This document shows positions 24,950 to 44,268 of a stretch of DNA of 64,000 nucleotides, piece after piece. Within the stretch, counting starts at the first letter, position 1. Every line of letters begins with the position of its first letter. The DNA is taken from assembly GCF_009914755.1 (NCBI RefSeq), contig NC_060936.1; one strand, given 5' to 3'. The DNA comes from the human T2T-CHM13v2.0 reference genome, Homo sapiens. Position numbers and translations under genes: made by a program. The notes below the pieces were generated by a model that saw only the letters and a list, made by a program, of their open reading frames with translations, was not told the origin of the DNA and made no database searches.

Positions 24950-26390
24950 CAAAACTGAATGTAGCAATGTACTTTGTTTTCTTGCTAGTATATAGAAATA
25001 CAATTGATTTTTAATATCTTGTACTTTGTACCTTGTGACTCTGCTAAACTGACTAGTTCTACTAACATTTGTAAATTTCTTAAATTTTCTCCATTAATCT
25101 ATTAATAAAGAGAGTGCTACTCTTTTCATTTCAATCTATCTTTTTTTTCTCTTGCCTTACTATACTGGCCAGAACTACACTACAGTCTTGAATAGAAGTG
25201 GTGAAAGCAGGCATCCTTGCCTTGTTCTCCATCTAAGAGGGAAAGCACTCAGTGTTTTTTCCTTTAAATATAATGGTAGATGTTAATTTTTAAAATATAT
25301 ATGTCCCTTTACAAGTTAAGGGTGTTCTCATCTATTCTTAGTTTGATGAGTTCTTTTCTTTTTAATTATAAGTGGAAGATAAACATTATCAAAGACTTTT
25401 TCTGCATCTGTTTAGATGATCATATGCTTTTCTTTTCTGGTCTAATAATATGGTGAATTACATTGTGTGATTTTAGAATGCTAAGAGCAACCTTGCATTC
25501 TTGGAGTAAATCCCATCTTGTCGTGAAATGTTACTGATTTAAATATTGCTGGATTTCACTTGATGATGTTGAGATAATAAGTTTTGCATGTATATTCATG
25601 AGGATATTTGTTCGGAGTTTTCTATTCTTGTATGTTTTTGTCTGGTTTGGGTATCAGAGTCCCAAGAAGTGAATTAGGAAATATTTATCTGCTTCTATGT
25701 TTTGGAAAATTTGGTTTATAATTAGTATTATTTCTTTCTATAAATGTTTGTTAAAATTCACCACAAGGCCATCCGGACCTGGAGTTGTCTTCATGAGAAA
25801 TTTTTAAGTAAAAATTCAATTTTTTTATGCTCACTAGAATGGTTCAAATGAAAAATATCTTCAATAGCAAATATTAGCAAGGATTTGGAGAGCAATTGAA
25901 ATCCTCATATGTTGCCAATGGGAATACAGAATAGTACAGACACTTTGGAAAGTACTTAAGCAGTTTCCAATAGAGTTAAACACATACTTACCATGTGGCC
26001 CAGCAATTTCACTCATAGGCATTTACCAAGATAGATGATCACATATGTCTTCACAAAGACTTCTACTTATATATGTGTATGGTGGAATGGATAAATATAT
26101 CAACATCACTACGCTAAGGCAAAGAACCCAGACACAAATGACTACCTTATTTTGATTCTATTTATGTGAAATTGTAGCAAAATCAAAACTATAGTCATAG
26201 GAAGTTGATCTGTGGTTGCCAAGGGCCAAGGGGTGGGAGGAGGAAACAATCTGTTGCAATGGAAATGTTCTGTATTATCATTGTCATTGTGATTAATACA
26301 TATATACATTTTTCAAAAATGATCAAATTGTAAATGAAAATTGGTGAATTATATGTAGGCTATATCTCAGTGAAGCTTATTTAAACAAAA
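24950..26390. mobile_element. Ancient L1M fragments (ORF2 piece on minus strand to ~25825, 3'-end piece on plus strand after)
   Basis: TTGAATAGAAGTGGTGAAAGCAGGCATCCTTGCCTTG (L1 ORF2 antisense); CCAGCAATTTCACTCATAGGCATTTACC (L1M 3' sense). Confidence 0.65.
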
Positions 26391-26395
26391 GCAAT

Positions 26396-28878
26396 TTTTT
26401 AAACTTTTATTTTAGGTTCAGGGGTACATGTGCAGGTTTGTTATATAGGTAAACTGGTGTCACAGGGATTTGTTGTACAGATTATTTCATCACCCAGATA
26501 ATAAGCCTAGTACCCAATAGTTATTTTTTCTGATCCTCTCCCTCCACCCATCCTCCACCCTCAAGTAGGCCCCACTGTGTGCTGTTCCCCTCTTTATGCC
26601 CATGTGTTCTCATCATTTCACTCCCATTTATAAGTGAAAACATGCAGTATTTGGTTTTCTGTGTTAGTTTGCTAAGGATAATGGTCTCCAGCTCCATCCA
26701 CGTTCCCACAAAGGATATAATCTCGTTCCTTTTTATGATTGCATGGCATTCTGTGGTGAAAATGTACCACGTTTTCTTTATCCAATCTGTCATTGATGCA
26801 CATTTATGTTGATTCCATGTCTTTGCTGTTGTGAATAGTGCTGCAATGAACATATGTGTGCATGTGTATTTATGGTAGAATAATTTCTATTCCTCTGGGT
26901 ATATACCCAGTAGTGGATTTCTGTTTCAAATTGTAGTCCTGTTTTTAGCTATTTGAGGAATCACCACACTGCTTACCACAACAGTTGAACTAACTTACAC
27001 TCCTACCAGCAGTGTATATTAGCATTCCCTTTTCTCTGCAACCTCGCCAGCATCTATTATTTTTTTACTTTTTAATAGTAGCCATTCTGACTAGTGTGAG
27101 ATGGTATCTCATTGTGGTTTTCATTTGCATTTCTCTAATGATCAGTAATACTGAGCTTTTTTATATATACTTGCTGGCCACATATATATCTTCTATTGAA
27201 AAGTATCGGTTCATATCTTTTGCTCATTTTTTAATGGGGTTGTTTGGCTTTTTTTTTTTTTGTAAATTTGTTTAAGTTCCTTATAGATGCTGAATATTAG
27301 AACTTTGTCAGATGTATAGCTTGCAAATATTTTATCCCATTCTGTAGGTTGTCTGTTTACTCTGTTGATATTTTATTTCGCCGTGCAGAAGTTCTCAAGT
27401 GTAATTAGATCCCATTTGTCCCCTTTTGCTTTTGTTGCAAATGCTTTTGGCATCTTTATCATGAAATCTTTGCCACTTCCTATGTCCAGAATGGTATTGC
27501 CTAGGTTGTCTTCCAAGGTTTTTATAGTTTTGTGTTTTACATTTAACTCTTTAATATGACTTGCATTGTTTTTTGTTTGTAGTATAAGAAAGGGGTCCAG
27601 TTTCAATCATTTGCATATAGCTAGCCAATTACCCCAGCACCATTTATTGAATTGGGGACCCTTTCTCCATTGCTTCTTTTGTCATCTTGTCAAAGATCAG
27701 ACAGTTGTAGGTTTGAGACCTTCTTTCTGGGTTCTCTATTCTGTTCCATTGGTCTTGTGTCTGTTTTTTAATAACAGTACCATGTTGTATTGGTTACTGT
27801 AGCCCTGTAGTATAGTTTGAGGTCAGCTAGCATGATGCCTCCAGCTTTGTTCTTTTTGCTTAGGATTGCCTTGGCTGTTTGGGCTCATTTTGGTTCCGTA
27901 TGAATTTTAAAATTGTTGTTTCTAGTTCTATAAAAAATGTCATTGGTAGTTTGATAAGAATAGCATTGAATCTGTAAATTCCTTTGAGCAGTATAGTCAT
28001 TGTAATGATATTGATTCTCCCTATCCACGAGCATGAATGCTTTTCCATTTGTTTCTGTCATCTCTGATTTCTTTGAGCAGTGTTTTGTAATTCTCATTGT
28101 AGAGATCTTTCACCTCCCTGGTTAGTTATATTCCTAGGTATTTTGTTTTTGTGGTAATTGTGAATGGGATTGTATGGCTGATATGGCTCTCAGCTTAGCT
28201 GTTGTTGGTGTATAGGAATGTTAAGAATTTTTGTACACTGATTTTGTGTCCTAAAGCTTCACTAAAATGGTTTATCCACTGAAGGAGCTTTTGAGCCATG
28301 CCCATGGGGTTTTCTAGATACAGAATCATGTCACCTACAAACAGCGATAGTTTGACTGCTTCTCTTCCTATTTGGATGCCCTTTATTTCTTTCTCTTGCC
28401 TGATTGGTGGACAGGTCTTCCAATACTATGTTGAATAGGAGTGGTGAGAGAGGGCATCCTTGTCTTCTGCCAGCTTTCAAGAGGAATGTTTCAAGCTGTT
28501 GCCCATTCAGTATGATGTTGGCTGTGGGTTTGTCACAGATAGCTCTTATTATTTTGAGGAATGTTCATTTGATACCTAGTTTATTGAGGGTTTTTAACAT
28601 GAAGAAATTCTGATATTTATCAAAAGCCTTTGCTGTATCTATTGAGATAATCATGTGGTTTTTGTCTTTAGTTCTGTTTATGTGATGAATCACATTTATT
28701 GATTTGCATATATTGAACCCACTTTGCATCCAAGAATAAAGCCTACTCGATTGTGGTGGATTCGCTTTTTAATGTGCTGCTGGATTCAGTTTGCTAGTAT
28801 TTTGTCAAGGGTTTTTGCATCAATGTTCATCAAGGATATTGACCTGAAGCTTTCTTTGTTTGTTGTGTCTCTGCCAAG
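26396..28878 (-). mobile_element. 5'-truncated LINE-1, L1PA13-like
   Basis: Tail TTTTAGGTTCAGGGGTACATGTGCAGGTTTGTTATATAGGTAAAC and ORF2 fragments; ends abruptly at 28878. Confidence 0.9.
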
Positions 28879-31800
28879 TTAAAAAAGACAAAGAGGAATA
28901 TTATATAACGGTAAGTGGCCTTGTCCAACAGGAAAATATCACAATCCTAAACATATATGCACCTAACACGGGAGCTCCCAAATTTATAAAATAATTACTA
29001 CTAGAACTAAGAAATGAGATAGTAACACAATAATAGTGGGGGACTTCAATACTCCATTGACAGCACTAGACAGGTCATCAAGACAGAAAGTCAATGAAGA
29101 AACAATGGATTTAAACTATACCTTGGAACAAATGAACTTAACAGGTGTATATAGAACATTCCATCCAAGAACCACAGAATACACATTCTATTCAACAGTG
29201 CATAGAACTTTCTCCAAGATGGACCATATGATAGGCCACAAAACAAGCCTCAGTAAGTTTAAGAAAGTTGAAATTATATCAAACTCTCTCTCAGACCACA
29301 GTGGAATAAAACCAGAAATCAACTCCAAAAGGAACCTTCAAAACCATGAAAATACATGGAAATTAAATCACCTGCTCCTGAGTGATCATTGGGTCAAAAA
29401 TGAAATCAAGATGGAAATTTAAAAATTCTTCGAACTGAATGACACTAGCGACACAACCTATCAAAACCTCTGGGATATAGCAAAGGCAGTCCTAAGAGGA
29501 AAGTTCATAGCCCTAAACACCTACATCAAAAAGACTGAAAGAGCACAAACTGACAATCTAAGGTCACACCTCAAGGAACTAGAAAAACAACAAACCAAAC
29601 CCAAACCCAGCAGAAGAAAGGAAATAACCAAGATCAGAGAAGAACTAAATGAAATTGAAACAAAAAAAAAATACAAAAGATAAATGAAACAAAAAACTGC
29701 TTCTTTGAAAAGATAAATAAAAGTGATAGACCATTAGCAAGATTAACCAACAAAAGAAGACAGAAAATCCAAATAACCTCAATGAGAAATGAAAAGGAAG
29801 ATATTACAACTGACACCATAGAAATACAAAAGATAATTTAAGGCTACTATGAACAACTTTATCCACACAAACTAGAAAACCTAGAAGAGATGGATAAATT
29901 CCTGGAAAGATATAACCCTCCTACCTTAAATCAGAAACAATTAGATACCCTAAACAGACCAATAACAAGCAGTGAGATTAAAATGGCAATTTAAAAATTA
30001 CCAACGAAAAATAGTCCAGGACCAGGCAGAATCACAGTGGAATTCTACAAGACATAAAGAAGAATTGGTACCAATCCTATTGACACCATTCCACAAGACA
30101 GAGAAAGAGGGAATCCTCCCTAATTCATTCTATGAAGCCAGCATCACGCTAATACCAAAACCAGGGAAGGATATAACCAAAAAAGAAAACTACATACCAA
30201 TATCCCTCATGAACGTAGATGCTAAATCCTTAACAAAGTGCAAGCTAACTGAATCCAAAAACATATCAGAAAGATAATCCACTATGATCAAGAGGGTTTC
30301 ATACCAGGGATGCAGAGACGGTTTAACATACGCAAGTCAATAAATGTGATACACCACATAAACAGAATTAAAAACAAAAATCACATGATCATCTCAATAG
30401 ATGCAGGAAAAGCATTCGACAAAAATCCAGCACCCCTTTATGATTAAAACTCTCAGCAAAATCGGCATACAAGGAACATACCTCAATGTAATAAAAGCCA
30501 TCTATGAAAAACCCACAGCCAACATAATACTGAATGGGGAAAAGTTGAAAGCATTCCCTCTGAGAATGGGAACAAGACAAGGATGCCCACTCTCACCACT
30601 CCTCTTCAGCATAGTTCTGGAAGTCCTAGTCATAGCAATCAGACAAGAGAAAGAAATAAAGGGCATCCAAATCAGTAAAGAGGGAGCCAAACTGTCACAG
30701 TTTGCTGACGATATGACTGTTTACCTCAAAAACCCTAAAGACTCCTCCAGAAGGCTCCTCAAACTGATAAAATAATTCAGCAAAGTTTCCAGATACAAGA
30801 TAAATGCACACAAATCAGTAGCTCTCCCATACACCAACAGCAACCAAGCAGAGAATCAAATCAAGAACACAACCCCTTTTACAATAGCTGCAAAAAAAAA
30901 AATACTTAGAATATACCTAACCAAGAAGGTGAAAGGCCTCTACAAGGAAAACTACAAAACATTGCTGAAAAAAATCAGAGATGACACAAACAAATGGAAA
31001 CACATCCCATGCTCATGGATGGGTAGAATCAATATTGTGAAAATGGCCATACTGCCAAAAGCAATCTACAAATTCAGCACAATCCCCATCAAAATGCCAT
31101 CATCATTCTTCACAGATTAGAAAAAACAGTACTAAAATTCATATGGAACCACAAAAGAGCCTACATAGCCAAAGCAAGTCTAAGCAAAAAGAACAAATCT
31201 GGAGGCATCATACTACCTGATTTCAAACTATACTATAGGACCGTAGTCACCAAAACAGCATGGTACTGGTACAAAAATAGGCACATAGACAAATGGAACA
31301 GAATAAAGAACCCAGAAATAAACCCAAATACCTACAGCCAACTCATCTTCAACAAAGCAAACAAAAACATAAAGTGGGAAAGGACATCCTTTTCAACAAA
31401 TGGTAATAAGATAATTGGCTAGCCACATGAAACTGGATCCTCATCTCTTGCATTATACAAAAATTAACTCAAGATGGATTAAAGAATTAAACCTAAGGCA
31501 TGAAACTATGAAAATTCTAGAAGATAACATTGGAAAAATCCTTCTAGACATTGGCTTAGGCAAGGATTTCATGACCAAGGACCCAAAAGCAAAAGCAATA
31601 AAAACAAAGATAAATAGCTGGGACTTAATTAAACTAAAGAGCTTTTGCGCAGCAAAAGGAACAGTGAGCAGAGTAAACAGACAACCCACAGAGTAGGATA
31701 AAATCTTCATAATCTATACATCTGACAAAGGGCTAATATCCAGAATCTACAAAGAACTCAAATCAGCAAGAAAAAAACAAACAATCCCATCAGAAAGTGG

Positions 31801-32628
31801 GCTAAGGACATGAATAGACAATTCTCAAAAGAAGATATACAAATGGCCAAAAAACATATGAAAATAATGCTCAACTAATGATCAGAGAAATGCAAATCAA
31901 AACCACAATGTGATGCCACCTTACTCCTGCAAGAATGGCCATAATTAAAAAAATAAAAAAGCAGTAGATGTTGGCGTGAACGTGGTGATCAGGGAACACT
32001 TCTACACTGCTGGCGGGAATGTAAACTAGTACAGCCAAGACGGAAACAGTGTGGAGATTCCTTAAAGAGCTAAAAGTGGAACTACCATTTGATTCAGCAA
32101 TCTCACTACTGAGTATCTACCCAGAGGAAAATCAATCATTACACAAAAAAGATACTTGCACATGCATGCTTATAGCAGCACAATTTGCAATTGCAAAATC
32201 GTGGAACCAACACAAATGCCCATCAATCAACGAGTGGGTAAAGAAACTGTGGTATATATATACGATGGAATACTACTCAGCCATAAAAATGAATCAATTA
32301 ATGGCATTCACAGCAACCTGGGTGAGACTGGAGACTATTATTCTAAGTGAAATATCTCAGCAATGGAAAACCAAACATTGTATGTTCTCACCCATATGTG
32401 GGACCTAAGCTATGAGGATGCAAAGGCATAAGAATGATACAATGGACTTTGGGAACTTGTGGGGAAGGGTGGTGGGGGAGGGATAAAAGACTACAAATAG
32501 GGTGCAATGTGTACTGCTCAGGTGATGGGTACACCAAAATCTCACAAATCACCACTAAAAAACTTACTCATGTAACCAAACACCACCTGTACCCTCAATA
32601 ACCTATGGAAAAATAAAAAGTAAAAAAG
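28879..32628 (+). mobile_element. 5'-truncated LINE-1, L1PB1-like
   Basis: ORF2 fragments from the endonuclease domain (GDFNTPLTALDRS, SDHSGIK) to the C-terminus; L1PB 3' UTR GGATAAAAGACTACAAATAGGG...CTATGGAAAAATAAAA. Confidence 0.9.
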
Positions 32629-33903
32629 AATGTATATTAAAATGTTAATTATAAAATTTAGATGTGATTATCTGGGTATTCACTATAAAATTCTGTTAAC
32701 TTTGCTGTATGTTGGAAACTTTTCATTTTCAAATGAAATGAATGCTGAATACATGAGTCAATATTTAAAAATTATAAGAGAATATTATGAGAAACAAAAT
32801 ACTAATTAAATTAGATGAAAAATAGTGATGAAAATTACAAATCACCAAAATTGATTCACTAACAAAATATAAAACACAAGTGTACAATAATCATCAAAGG
32901 AATTAAATTAGAAATAAAAAATTTTCTCAACAAGACAAGAAATCCTTAAAATGTCAAAGATGAGTTTTATAAAAACCTTCGAGAAAGTGATCATCTCTTC
33001 TTTAAGCAAATATTTTAAGAAAATACAAAGATGAATGAAAGCATATTATTGATATCAGTATTGGATGTCTAGAATAGGCAAATCTATATACATAAAAAGT
33101 AGTTTAGTGGAATTCTAGGGCCAAGAATGGGGATGGGATTGGAGAGTGACTACCCATAGGTGTGAGATTTCTTTGGGGATGACAAAATGTCCTGAGATTG
33201 GTGGTAGTGATGGGTGCACAACTCTGTAAATATGCTAGAAACCATTGACTTGTGCACTTTGAATGGCTGAATATTGTGATGTATAAATTATAATCTCAAT
33301 AAAGTTCTTAAAAAGAAAAGATGGAGTGAATGCAATAAAAAAATTATAGTATCTCACTTATAAATACAAATAGGAAATTCCTAAGTTAAATACTGGTAAA
33401 AGTTAATTAAGTTTTTAATACTCTACCTAAGTAGGCTGATTCCAGGAATGCAACAATTCTTCAAAAACAGAACATGCACTGATACAATTTGTTATTAACA
33501 AATTAAATGACAAAAACCATATAACCATTTCAATGAATTTATTTTTTTCCAAAATGTTTTTATTGCATGCCTATTGTGTGACAGACACTATACAGTACTG
33601 AACAAAAGAGAAACAACCGTAGTCCTCAATAGAAGCAGAAAAAGCTTGTGATAAAATCTCACACCAATTCTTAGCAAAATATGTTTAGAAAAGAACTCTC
33701 CTTTCAATATAATCCATAGGTTCAGAAAACACAAACAAAAAAGAACTCTCTTAATAACTTAAAGATATTCATCAAAAATAGAACATCATCCTTAATGCTG
33801 AAACATGAGAAGCTTTCTCATTGATCCTAACAGAAAGATATCTATACTGGAGGTCCTGGCTGCTGCATGAACTTTAAAAATGAGATATATAAAAATTGCA
33901 TAC

Positions 33904-34219
<316 letters not shown>

Positions 34220-34764
34220 CTAATTTAAGATAAAATAATTAAAATGTAATGTTAAAATCCAATAGTATGTATAAACAAGACAGTAGTACTAGAAAGATAG
34301 TTCAACAAACTTGACAGATACAAGATCAATGTACAAAATACCACAACGTTCCTATACATCAGAAATAACCAAGTAGTAAATATATCTGAATTTTTAATTC
34401 ACAATAGGAACAAAAAATAGATGGTATCTGGTAATATATCTGGCAAAATTTATGTGTGACCTTTATCAAAATACCTGTCACCAATGGCAACAGCAGATCA
34501 GCCTTGGTGAATGAAAGAAAATGTTGCCGTTTGCATAACCACCACCTTGCTCAGCCACGGCTACAGTGCTTGTGCGTTCATGGACCAGAACTAGGCTCAC
34601 CAGGAAGGAAAGACTGACCTTTGCATGATAGGCGATTCTATTCAAAAAACTATTTTGAACTGCCTTAGCAGTGGGATCCCTCTGGTGAGAACTTATCCTA
34701 AATGGATTCTCCATTTCTTGACTCACAACTTACACATTCAAAGTACAGTTACTGTGCAACAAGC

Positions 34765-35062
34765 TTTTTTTTGGGGGGGGGCGGGCAGGATCTTGCTCTG
34801 TTGCCCAGGCTGGAGTGCAGTGGCTCAATCTCGGCTCACTGCAAGCTCCGCCACCCAGGTTCACACCATTCTCCTGCCTCAGCCTCCTGAGTAGCTGGGA
34901 CTACAGGCACCCACCACCACCCCTGGCTAATTTTTTGTATTTTTAGTAGAGACGGGGTTTCACCATGTTAGCCAGGATGGTCTTGATCTCTTGACCTTGT
35001 GATCTGCCCACCTTGGCCTCCCAAAGTACTGGAATTACAGGTGTGAGCCACCGCACCCGGCC
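34765..35062 (-). mobile_element. Alu (AluY-like)
   Basis: AluY-type variants GCAAGCTCCGCC, TTCACACCATTCTC, TTAGCCAGGATGGTC; AAGCTTTT on both flanks. Confidence 0.93.
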
Positions 35063-35094
35063 AGCCAGAAGCTTTTAAAAATATTCTTTGCCAG

Positions 35095-41725
<6,631 letters not shown>

Positions 41726-42641
41726 TTAGTCCACATGCCTCCCTCAAATATAGTTCTCATTAATCCTCCAATTGTGTTTCATCATCTAAAGGGTCTTTGT
41801 TAAATGTTTCTGGTTTCTTTTTGAAGTTTGCCACAGGCTCTGCCCAGTCCTTCCTCTGCCATTGGCTCTCTCATGGTCTACCATTTCTACAGCATTATTA
41901 GGGCCAAGCGGCAGAGCTACTTGTCTAGCAATGTGTATGAGCTGGTGAATCATCTCTGGTTATACATAGGTCCCCTCATAGCTACAGATGGTTGGCCATT
42001 GGATGAATAGTTTGAAGCAGGATAAACCAACATGTTATTTACAGTCTCTATGGGACATGCCTAGGTCCAAAACACAATTTCACAGATCCCAATTGTCCTC
42101 AGATGTCTATACTTGCAATTCTATTGTGGTACCAATATTTATCTTTTAGGGCCTTTCCTTGCAAATGACAGAATCTAATTCTGACTGACTTAAGCAAAAT
42201 AAAATAAGATAACAATAATAAATCATTAAAAGGAGAATTCATGTATGGAGTCTGGGGTAGCTCACAGCTTCAGTGGGATAGTCAGTGTATCAAGGTGGTA
42301 AAGAAAACAGGCATTTGTGCAAGTCCCATTGGTTCCAAATTCTAACACCACGATTTATCTCCCTGAGCCAGTTTCCTCTTCTCTGAAATAGGAATAACTT
42401 AAGCATTTATCTAACGTATGTGTTGTGGTATTTAAATGGAATAAAGAATATAAATTGCTTAACACAGTGCCTGATAGGATGCAAATATCTAAGAATGAAC
42501 TCTTATTATGATTCATGTTTATAAATCTGGCCTTGAAAGGGCAGAATCTAGGATAACTCTAGTGATCTTATCAGCAAGGGCATTTGCGTAGGCTGTCAGA
42601 GTGCTGCATGCAAAAAGGCTGACCTTTGACTCTCTCCTTTA

Positions 42642-42795
<154 letters not shown>

Positions 42796-43129
42796 TCCTA
42801 AGAGAGTAAATGATCTGACATTGACCATGTGCCCATTTCTGGACCAGTCACTGTGCCAGGAAGAATGAGTGAATAATGACAGGGGTTGGGGGTGGGGAGG
42901 TGAGGGTGGAGAGGATTTGGGGATTCCATGATTAACAGTGTCTCTTGGAAGCATATTGAACCATAGAGTTCAGTTATTAGAGGAATGGTAGAGATAAGCT
43001 GAGCAGACAATAACAATGTTTACCATACTGTGTATAATAAATACATATCCTTGTAATAAAAAATTGCTAAGCAAGAGGCTTATCCATCTTCCTCTGACTA
43101 GGACTGAACTGGTATCATCCCAAGAAAAT

Positions 43130-43244
43130 AATTTTCCACCTTTTCTTCAGTATTTTTCAGAAAAGGTAAATTTTCCACCTTTTCTTCAGTATTTTTCAGA
43201 AAAGGTAAATTTTCCACCTTTTCTTAAATATTTTTCAGAAAAGG
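43130..43244. repeat. 39-bp tandem repeat, ~3 copies
   Basis: AATTTTCCACCTTTTCTTCAGTATTTTTCAGAAAAGGTA twice exactly, third copy with 2 substitutions. Confidence 0.95.
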
Positions 43245-43350
43245 ACCTCACAGATCCTGACATCAAGGAATTATCCTAGTGTCCATGCACTGCTTGTTGC
43301 AGTTCTATCCAGTTCCCTCATCATTCTGATTTCATAAGTCTATTGAAACA

Positions 43351-44268
43351 CTAGAAATATTTTCTCAATGTTCTTCTCACAGCTGCCTTCACCTCCCTGT
43401 TCTTCAGGCTGTAAATGAGGAGATTCAGCATGGGAGTGATCACGCTGTACTGCAAGGAGAAGATCAGCTCTTGAATGGATCCTGAATTTGGCATGAGATA
43501 GCGGAGTAATCCGGAGCCATAAAAGAAAATCACTGCAGTGAGGTGGGAGGAGCAGGTGGAGAAGGCTTTGCTTCTGCCTGTAGTGGAGCTGATCCTCAGG
43601 ATGGTGGACAAAATGCAAATATAAGACAAGAATATCATGAGAAAATTTCCAAAGAAATGCAGGAAGCTGGAGCAGAGCAGGGTGGTAAAACTTGCTGACA
43701 CATCAGAGCAAGACAAAGGATAGAGAGAGGGCAGCTCACAGCTGAAGTGGTGGATATTTTGAGCCTCACAGAAGTCTAAATTGAGAGCTACAAGGATATT
43801 GATGAGGGCATCCAGAAAAGCCAAGCCCCATGAGCCCCCCACCAGCCCTGAACACAGCTGTCTGTTCATCACTTGGCCATAGAGCAAAGGAGAGCTGATG
43901 GCAACATAGCGGTCATAGGCCATCACAGCAAGCAGGGAGGATTCAGTGCCCCCAGTGGCAAACACAAAGAAGACCTAAGCCATGCAGCCCTCTACTGAGA
44001 TGGTTTTCTTCTCAGACAGGAGGTTCTCCAACAGCTTAGGTGCAGTGACAGAGGAATGGCAGAGATCCAAGAAGGACAATTGTCCCAGGAAGAAGTACAT
44101 GGGTGTGTGGAGGCAAGAATCAGCATTAATCACCACCAGCAGCAGCAGGTTTCCCATCACAGTCAGGAGGCAAATCACCACGAACAGCACAAAGAGCAGA
44201 GTCTGGGTCTGGGGGCCAGCTGACAGCCCGAGGAGGACAAACTCAGGGACAACACTGCGGTTTCTCAT
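43351..44268 (-). pseudogene. OR8T1P: Olfactory receptor pseudogene (OR8S/8T type), 918 bp, one in-frame TAG at codon 98, no frameshift
   Basis: MRNRS.. start; [28 protein letters not shown] and PMLNLLIYSLKN motifs; ORFs 43975-44334 and 43351-43965 share one frame split by TAG (EGCMA*VFF). Symbol from recall, not a search. Confidence 0.85.

Noticed and set aside
26396-32628. Twin-priming 5' inversion of a single L1
   Set aside because: Two separate 3' tails, different subfamilies and overlapping ORF2 coverage
43130-43244. CRISPR-like palindromic direct repeats
   Set aside because: No unique spacers, no cas genes, primate context; a simple tandem triplication
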